Assembly (NCBI GenBank): GCA_964540655.1
Contig: CAZINR010000002.1
Span: forward strand, 1,736 to 57,708
Length of the DNA stretch: 55,973 bases
Direction: 5' to 3'
DNA from: an uncultured archaeon
GTDB lineage: Archaea; Altiarchaeota; Altiarchaeia; JAFGQM01
Positions 8,856 to 14,956 of this stretch are shown here, piece by piece; position 1 is the first letter of the stretch, and each line of letters begins with the position of its first letter. The position numbers were made by a program, and so were the translations under genes. The notes under the pieces were generated by a model that was not told where the DNA came from, made no database searches, and worked only from the letters and a program-made list of their open reading frames with translations.

Positions 8856-9959
8856 ATGTACGGCATAGAATCGGATGTATGCAAATTCATAGCAGACGGA
8901 GGTTATGGCAGGATTGTCTACGTCCCTTCGAGCAGTCTGGCTAAGTTGATAAGCCTCATTGAAAAAAGATGCCATTGCGAAGTCGCCACAAACGAGTCGG
9001 AAGCTACTGGGCTTGCAATAGGGTACCATCTTGCGGGCATAAAGCCGATTTTGCTTTGCCAGAGCGATGGTGTTGCTGTCATGTTGAATACCCTGTGCTC
9101 CACATGCTTGCCTTACGGGATAGACCTGCTAGTTCTTGTTGACGTTAGGGGCGGCCCCGAAGAGGAGAATCCCGTACACATACCCTTCGGCCAAGGCTTG
9201 CCGTCAGTTCTGGACGCACTGGGGTTCCCATACCTGGAGGTTCGGAAGAGCGCGGATTTTGAGGGTTTTGTGCTCAAACATGCGAGCAAGCCTAGGCAGA
9301 CACCCTTTTTCCTTTTGATATACCCATCCGCACTGACAAAGCCTGAAAAGAAGAACCCGCGGGATGTTCTGCAGAATCCAGATACAGGTGATACGACAAT
9401 TGATGCATTGAAAAAGATGTTTCCAAGCTCCAAATTCGTTTCCAGTCTTGGCTTGACTAGCCGGTTGCTGCATGGGGGCTGGGACGATAAGCACAATTTT
9501 TATGTGCTGGGATCAATGGGCGATTCCTTGGGCATTGCAAACGCTATATCAAAAACTAATAGCCGAAAGACTGTATGTGTAGTGGGCGATGGAGAGCTCT
9601 TAGCGGGCCTTGGCACTCTGGCAAAGATTGCTATTGACAAAAGTAATCTGCTTGTCGTAGTCCTGGATAACGAATGTCATCTGAGCACCGGAGGACAGAA
9701 CACCCTAACAGCAGAGGGTCTGAGATTTGATTTGGTAGCCAACGCTGTTGGTATCAAGCACACTAAGATGCTAGATGGTGTGGGGCAACTAAACGCCGAG
9801 CTTAATATTATACGCAAGAGCAGGGAGCCCGCTCTCATAGTCATAAAGGCGCAGCGGTGCGTACCGAGTTATCCTAGGATAAGAATGTGCCCTAACGAGA
9901 TAAAACATAGGTTCATGAAAGGATTCGAAAATAGCCCTATTAATGGGGACAAGGGGTAG
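8856..9959 (+). CDS. ThDP-dependent 2-oxoacid decarboxylase, fused alpha-beta, of the phosphonopyruvate / sulfopyruvate decarboxylase family
   Basis: N-terminal NESEATGLAIGY-type PYR domain. C-terminal GSMGDSLG...VGDGELL...LDNE ThDP-binding motif. Confidence 0.7.
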   Translation: MYGIESDVCKFIADGGYGRIVYVPSSSLAKLISLIEKRCHCEVATNESEATGLAIGYHLAGIKPILLCQSDGVAVMLNTLCSTCLPYGIDLLVLVDVRGGPEEENPVHIPFGQGLPSVLDALGFPYLEVRKSADFEGFVLKHASKPRQTPFFLLIYPSALTKPEKKNPRDVLQNPDTGDTTIDALKKMFPSSKFVSSLGLTSRLLHGGWDDKHNFYVLGSMGDSLGIANAISKTNSRKTVCVVGDGELLAGLGTLAKIAIDKSNLLVVVLDNECHLSTGGQNTLTAEGLRFDLVANAVGIKHTKMLDGVGQLNAELNIIRKSREPALIVIKAQRCVPSYPRIRMCPNEIKHRFMKGFENSPINGDKG

Positions 9960-9960
9960 A

Positions 9961-10980
9961 ATGGCGGCATCTTGGAACTTATTGGACTGCACATTAAGGG
10001 ATGGCGGATCAACCATCGGGTTTAACTTTCAGTTTGATGTCATCAATAGGGTACTTACTGGTCTTTCAAACGCAGGCATTGATTATGTCGAGCTGGGCTA
10101 TAGATCGGGGTCAGGGAGCGTACATGTTGAGAAGCCAGGCCCCACAGCTGACGTGAACAGAAGCTTCTTGGAGCAGATTGACTTCAGCACAAAAATAAAA
10201 AAGGCCGTGATGATAATACCTGCGGTTGCCAAAACCGAAGATTTGGATGTCCTTGCCGAATTCGGCATAGACCTTGTTAGGATAGCCGTGTACCCGCATA
10301 ACTTCGAAAATGCCATGGCCTTCGTTGATGCTGCGCTTAGATTGGGGCTTGAGTGCAGCGTGAATCAGATGGCCTCAAGCTATATGAGTGCAGATGACTT
10401 AGTGAAAAATGCTCTCGCAGTACAAGAGTGTGGCGCAAGCGTCTTTTATTTTGCGGATTCGTATGGGCATTTCATGCCGGAGGATGTCAACAGGCGAGTA
10501 GAGGCGTTAAAAGAGCAGTTAGATATGGAAATAGGCTTTCACGCCCATAACAACCTATCGCTGGGTTTATCAAATGCTATTGCTGCTATACGCTCTGGCG
10601 CAGACTTCATTGACGCCTCTCTTTGTGGCATGGGCAGAGGGGCGGGAAATGTGCAGATAGAGCTATTACCGTTCGTTCTTGATCTGGCAGACTTGAGTCG
10701 CCCGCAGGTTGACAAATCAGCACTGATGGAACTAAGTTCCATAATTGCCCCCCTGCGAAAAAATCCGTATTTGGGCACCGCAGAGATAATCTCTGGATCT
10801 TGCAACCTGCATTTCTTTTTCTATGAGCTCATACAACGGGCATCTCAGAAACTGGGCGTTTCGGAAATGGACATTGCGAGGGGGCTAAGTGCAATAAAAC
10901 CAAAGAAGGTAAGCGAGGAGCTGACCTTTGAAGTCGCTAGACAGATTTTATCCAACCATGGAGATAACATTCAGATCTAA
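9961..10980 (+). CDS. DRE-TIM metallolyase, 4-hydroxy-2-oxovalerate aldolase (DmpG)/HMG-CoA-lyase-like
   Basis: ATG at 9961 just after the upstream stop. LLDCTLRDGG and FHAHNNLSLGLSNAIAA motifs; DmpG-like length. Confidence 0.65.
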   Translation: MAASWNLLDCTLRDGGSTIGFNFQFDVINRVLTGLSNAGIDYVELGYRSGSGSVHVEKPGPTADVNRSFLEQIDFSTKIKKAVMIIPAVAKTEDLDVLAEFGIDLVRIAVYPHNFENAMAFVDAALRLGLECSVNQMASSYMSADDLVKNALAVQECGASVFYFADSYGHFMPEDVNRRVEALKEQLDMEIGFHAHNNLSLGLSNAIAAIRSGADFIDASLCGMGRGAGNVQIELLPFVLDLADLSRPQVDKSALMELSSIIAPLRKNPYLGTAEIISGSCNLHFFFYELIQRASQKLGVSEMDIARGLSAIKPKKVSEELTFEVARQILSNHGDNIQI

Positions 10981-11368
10981 GGGCTTCGGAGACTTGCAAG
11001 ATATCACAAAAGAAGTAGAAAAGATTGCGAACCTATCGAGCGTATCAAGCGGCATCATAACCCTATTCATCAGGGGCTCAACAACAGCCCTTGTGATTTA
11101 TAAAAATGATGCGGGTTCCATCCAAGATTTGATGGAAGCGCTTGGGGATCTCGCCCCGGCTGACAAAATATACAAGCACGAACAGACTTCGGGCGACAGC
11201 AATGGCGCGTCGCATATAAAGTCGGGGTTATTGGGGCCCTGCCTCACAATACCCTTTGTGGAAAACGAACTTTGTATCAGCAAAACACAAACAATTTTTG
11301 CCGTAGATTTTGATCCAAAGGAATCAAATCGAAGTATAATTGCGTGTGTATCAAAGGCGGAAGTCTAG
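10958..11368 (+). CDS. YjbQ/UPF0047 family protein (secondary thiamine-phosphate synthase-like)
   Basis: ATG at 10958. Family-typical GIITLFIRGSTTAL...NGASHIKSGLLGP. Confidence 0.7.
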   Translation: MEITFRSKGFGDLQDITKEVEKIANLSSVSSGIITLFIRGSTTALVIYKNDAGSIQDLMEALGDLAPADKIYKHEQTSGDSNGASHIKSGLLGPCLTIPFVENELCISKTQTIFAVDFDPKESNRSIIACVSKAEV

Positions 11369-11435
11369 ATGTAAAGACAGCTTGGATGCATCATTATCTT
11401 ACGGATGAGCAAAGCGGTTTATCATGGTCTCCGAG

Positions 11436-11561
11436 ATGAAGACGAAGATCTTCATAGTCCGTCACGGCAAATCCGAGGGTAACCTGAAGAGATGCTTCCA
11501 GGGCAGGGATGATATGCCTCATATACCCAGCAATTTGCATATTCTCTCAATTGCCACATAG
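11436..11561 (+). pseudogene. N-terminal remnant of a histidine phosphatase (PGAM-like) gene
   Basis: Own translation MKTKIFIVRHGKSEGNLKRCFQGRDDMP carries the RHG catalytic motif. It then runs into the 3' end of the convergent gene and stops after 41 codons. The full-length paralogue at 22058-22645 starts MRAILVRHGKTERSE. Confidence 0.55.
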
Positions 11562-12193
11562 CGGGTGCCCAGGAAATACTGCAGCTGTTTCCTTGCCAAA
11601 TCCATCCCGCCTATGAGTTCATCGAGCAGCTGCCCAGTGCCGATCAGTTCGGCGTATAACTTAATGTCGGGCATCTGCTCGCCGATAGAACTGTAATAAT
11701 TCGCAACCTTTCGGGCAGAATCCCCATCAACTGGAAGAATCAGTCTTAGATCCTTTTCATGTCTGAATGGATTGCGCATTCCGGGAATAAATCTCTCGGG
11801 TATCCCAGCTTCCTTTAATGCCGCGTCCCTATAGCCCATCTGGACAGAGTGTATGCGCGTCTTGTTAGCTGCATAGAAACGGATCACTTCGCCTTTGATA
11901 CTTTCAGGTATCTCCGTCTCGGGTTTTCCGAGCCACGAGCTTATAAGGTCCTCTGCGACTTTCCCATCTTTTTCGCCAAACAAGCGCTCGTATACGCCTA
12001 TGTTGATGATGTCCAGCTTTTTTGGTGTGGGCGTGCTATTTGCCATGATTTTGTCGACGTCAATTCCTGCGCTGTCAAAAATCAAACCCTCCGGAAGGCG
12101 CATCTTGGATGCAGTCCACCTGAATACTGCCTGAAAGGTCGGGCTGCGCTGGATGTTGCCGGAATCCACGCACCTGATTATGCATTTCTCCAT
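11519..12193 (-). CDS. hypothetical protein with a low-molecular-weight phosphatase-like N-terminus
   Basis: CVDSGNIQRSP resembles the LMW-PTP P-loop CxGNxCRS, but the C-to-R spacing is longer. The functional call is weak. Confidence 0.4.
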   Translation of the reverse strand: MEKCIIRCVDSGNIQRSPTFQAVFRWTASKMRLPEGLIFDSAGIDVDKIMANSTPTPKKLDIINIGVYERLFGEKDGKVAEDLISSWLGKPETEIPESIKGEVIRFYAANKTRIHSVQMGYRDAALKEAGIPERFIPGMRNPFRHEKDLRLILPVDGDSARKVANYYSSIGEQMPDIKLYAELIGTGQLLDELIGGMDLARKQLQYFLGTRYVAIERICKLLGI

Positions 12194-12295
12194 TGCATTC
12201 TAGTTAGAGTTCAGAAAAAGAAAAGCCGGCTTTTGATTAACCTCTTTTGACCGGGATGGCGCCCTTTGACCTCAAAGCACGAAGCCTGCTGCCAT

Positions 12296-12536
12296 CTACA
12301 AAGCCGCCAAAGCTAAGGAAGCAAGTGAAGGTCCAACCAATGTAACTGGTTTGAACCGAGGATAATGTCCCGCCTCCCGGAATCTAGGCGCTTCGCGCCT
12401 GTTTTCAGTTTTCTGTCCTGGGTCTTCCTTGGGTTTCCAGCACGAAGGTCCCGACGGGACCTTGTGCGCAGGTTTGTCTTCGGCAAACCTCGCGTTCTCG
12501 GTTTTCGAACTGGTCATTTTGAACACTGTTTTAGCA
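12296..12536 (+). repeat. junction repeat JY3
   Basis: Core at 12368-12381. Hairpin aggcgc-ttc-gcgcct at 12386-12400. Double-module at 12441-12494. Terminal box ggtcattttgaacac. The left flank lacks the GAAGAC arm. Confidence 0.8.
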
Positions 12537-12863
12537 TTAATAACCAAACCGCCTTTCGTAGTTCTTGTGGTCAAGCCACTCTAAGATGATGGAAATAATC
12601 TTCACTTCATCATCCGCCACAGAGTACATCAGCCTCCACCCGTTGGGCAGGTCGTATTTCCAGAGGTTGTCAATCCCATACTTCTTATAATCCTTTGAGA
12701 TTAGCCTTTTCGGCACATGGATTCCTGCTGAATGATCTCTCTTAAGATCCTCAATAGCCCTACTGATATATTCATGGAGGCGCTTGTCCTCATACTTTCC
12801 CCCTTTCAGATTTTCGTATGCTTCCTTAAGCTTTTCATCAACAAAATAGACCTCAGTTTTCAT
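12537..12863 (-). CDS. RelE/ParE-superfamily toxin-like protein
   Basis: 108 aa with C-terminal WRLMYSVADDEVKIISIILEWLDHKNYERRFGY, typical of a RelE-fold toxin. 4-nt overlap with the upstream partner. Confidence 0.55.
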   Translation of the reverse strand: MKTEVYFVDEKLKEAYENLKGGKYEDKRLHEYISRAIEDLKRDHSAGIHVPKRLISKDYKKYGIDNLWKYDLPNGWRLMYSVADDEVKIISIILEWLDHKNYERRFGY

Positions 12864-13117
12864 GCCTTCAACCTCGGATTGCTCGTTATCCTCCTTACAA
12901 GTTCAGGGTTCCAGACCCAGATTATCTGTCCGTCCTTTATTATGATCTTTCCAGAGTCCTGCAGGTAATCAAGGATGACGTTGAACGTCTGGTACATAAC
13001 CTTCTTCGGCAGGGATTTCCAAAGCTGCTTCTTTGTAGGATAGTCCTCATGTTCTTGTATGGCTTTTTCCACCATCAACACCGTATCCAACCTCGGATAA
13101 TGTAAAACCGCTTGCAT
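12860..13117 (-). CDS. antitoxin candidate (winged-helix-like)
   Basis: 85 aa, translationally coupled upstream of the toxin-like gene. Confidence 0.45.
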   Translation of the reverse strand: MQAVLHYPRLDTVLMVEKAIQEHEDYPTKKQLWKSLPKKVMYQTFNVILDYLQDSGKIIIKDGQIIWVWNPELVRRITSNPRLKA

Positions 13118-13157
13118 TTTTCAGTTATATATGTTTATACAATTAAAGAATAAAAAG

Positions 13158-13490
13158 GTTTTCTGTTTTCTAACCGGTCGGCGGTCAGGAAGACTCAAGA
13201 CCGATAACTGAAGACTGAAAATAATCCCGCCTCCCGGAAGGTATGCCCTTCGGGCATGTTTTGGGTTTTCTGTCCTGCGTCTTCCTCAGGTTTCCAGTTC
13301 ACTGTTTTCTGTGAACTGGTCATCTGGGAAACCCCGGGTAGGTTAATGAAAGTACAAAGAAAAATTACGCGCTCCGCCCGAATGTCACAAAGTGACATTG
13401 GGCGCAACTTCGCTTCGCGAAGTTCGCGCGCTAAGGACATAAAGGTAGGTGTTACACTACGACATGGACCATATGTAGTGTAAAACGCTC
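13158..13490 (+). repeat. junction repeat JY4
   Basis: taaccggtcggcgg terminus and GAAGAC arm. Core at 13225-13238. Hairpin atgccc-ttc-gggcat at 13243-13257. Hairpin at 13294-13319. Box gtcatctgggaaacc, then A-box acaaagaaaaa. Module at 13378-13429. TTACACTAC hairpin at 13452-13482. Confidence 0.85.
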
Positions 13491-13556
13491 ATTCTGTCTA
13501 ATAAATAGGCACTACAAAATTTAAAAGGTTTTTATTTCTGTAGCGCCTAAGTATAC

Positions 13557-14489
13557 ATGTCTTATTTAAGAGAAAAGAGGTCTGGAAAGAAAACTGGAAT
13601 TTACCTCACACAGAGTATACGTCTCAACGGTAAAATCAGGAATATTAGTGTTCTTTTGGGGTACAAACCAATAAGCGACATAGATAAATTAAAAAAACAA
13701 AAAGAGCCGATACTGAAAAAGAAGATAGAGCGGCTTCTATCTTCCGAAAGAGAGGATTACATGCTTTTGTCCGAGCAGGAAAGGCAAACCCTAAAGAATC
13801 TGGCTGAAGCTTATCAAAAAGCCCTCAAAAAATTCGACCCCGTCACCAAACAGAAATATCTTGACTGGTTCCTGACGCAGTTCACTTACGATACCAATGC
13901 GATAGAAGGCTCAAGCGTCCCTCTGGAAGAAGTCGGCCTGATATTATTCGACAAGGTAGTGCCTGCAGACAGGAATTTGAGGGAGGTCTACGAGGTCCAG
14001 AATCATAAGAAGGCATACGATTTCATAAACAAATATGTGGGCGATCTCAACTTTAAATTCATTATGGATGTCCATAGGCGCTTGATGTCAGAGATTATCT
14101 CAGATGCGGGAAAGACGCGTAAGGTTCGCGTGTTTGTAAGGGGATCTGACTTAAAGCCGCCCAAACCGGAAGACGTCTCAAAACATCTGGAAAATCTGGT
14201 CAAATGGTACAAGTCAAACAAATCTTTGCACCCTGTCTTGTTGGCAGCCCATATCCACTCGGAATTCGAGAGGATCCATCCGTTCAGGGACGGAAACGGC
14301 AGGACCGGCAGGCTCCTTCTTAACTTCATATTAATAAAGAACGACTATCCGCCGATAAACATACTGAATGAGAAGAGGGGCGCGTATTATTCGGCCCTTA
14401 GGGCTTGGGACAAAGGCGAAAAAAGACCTTTTGTCGAGCTTGTAATCTCATACATAAAAGACAGTGTCGGTTTTGTCACTAATCCCTAA
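13557..14489 (+). CDS. Fic/DOC family protein (AMPylase-type) with an internal inhibitory helix motif
   Basis: HPFRDGNGRTGRLL matches the Fic motif HxFx(D/E)GNGRxxR. TNAIEG matches the (S/T)xxxE(G/N) auto-inhibition motif. Confidence 0.9.
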   Translation: MSYLREKRSGKKTGIYLTQSIRLNGKIRNISVLLGYKPISDIDKLKKQKEPILKKKIERLLSSEREDYMLLSEQERQTLKNLAEAYQKALKKFDPVTKQKYLDWFLTQFTYDTNAIEGSSVPLEEVGLILFDKVVPADRNLREVYEVQNHKKAYDFINKYVGDLNFKFIMDVHRRLMSEIISDAGKTRKVRVFVRGSDLKPPKPEDVSKHLENLVKWYKSNKSLHPVLLAAHIHSEFERIHPFRDGNGRTGRLLLNFILIKNDYPPINILNEKRGAYYSALRAWDKGEKRPFVELVISYIKDSVGFVTNP

Positions 14490-14855
14490 CCTGTCGGCGG
14501 TCAGGAGGACTCAAGACCGATAACTGAAGACTGAAAATAATCCCGCCTCCCGGAATCCAGGCGCTGCGCCCGAAGGTCCCACCGGACCTTGGGCGCAACT
14601 TCTCTTCGAGAAGTTCGCGCGCCTGTTCACGAGCTTCGACTTCGTCGAAGCTGTGCGCAGGTTCTCCTTGAGAACCTCGCGTTCGGTCTTCTGTTCTGGG
14701 TTTTCCTCAGGTTTGCAGTCCACGGTTTTCTGTGGACTGGTCATCTTGGAAACACCCGGACTTTAACGAAAATACAAAGAAAAACTTATGCGCCTCCGGC
14801 GCAAAGGACATGAATCAGTGTTACACTACAACACGGGCAAGTGTAGTGTAAAACG
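14490..14855 (+). repeat. junction repeat JY5
   Basis: Core at 14541-14554. Double-modules at 14571-14621 and 14628-14681, the latter identical to 1333-1386. Hairpin at 14716-14739. Box gtcatcttggaaacaccc. A-box. TTACACTAC hairpin at 14821-14851. Confidence 0.85.
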
Positions 14856-14956
14856 CTTTTTAATTCTTGAATCCATAATATTAACACCACCTCACGGTGC
14901 CGAACCGTGAGACCCTCCTGGGCAACTTCGGTTGCGTCCAGGGGGACTTTACTCTT

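Noticed and set aside
8856-9959. Reading the ThDP decarboxylase as sulfopyruvate decarboxylase (ComDE) and the cluster as coenzyme M biosynthesis.
   Set aside because: No ComA-, ComB- or ComC-like genes accompany it, whereas a PEP-mutase-superfamily gene and B12-radical-SAM enzymes do. The alternative is not excluded by sequence alone and is flagged in the findings.
12340-12362. ctggtttgaaccgaggat just left of the JY3 core resembles the tRNA-Tyr T-loop region (ccggatttgaaccggggat).
   Set aside because: It lies on the wrong side of the core for a contiguous tRNA fragment and has several mismatches. It could be a rearranged remnant, but I cannot support that without alignment statistics.
12368-12381. 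tRNA-derived cores as split-tRNA 3' halves (Nanoarchaeum or Caldivirga style).
   Set aside because: Only 13-14 nt are present (acceptor 3' strand plus T-stem 3' strand). A functional 3' half would have to start at position 38 and include the whole T-arm.
12296-12574. Minus-strand ORFs lying entirely inside junction repeats (12296-12574, 13195-13440, 14511-14744, 15612-15944, 17290-17487, 25270-25593, also plus-strand 2302-2502 and 12365-12589). Their translations look conserved: MTSxQKTV..KPEE..GQKTEN...FREAG.
   Set aside because: The apparent protein conservation mirrors nucleotide-level repeat conservation. FREAG is simply the translated tRNA-derived core. The hairpin modules are inserted in varying numbers and alter length and frame between copies. 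The sequences are low-complexity with no start context. They are better explained as non-coding structured repeats, though a small-peptide role is not strictly excluded.
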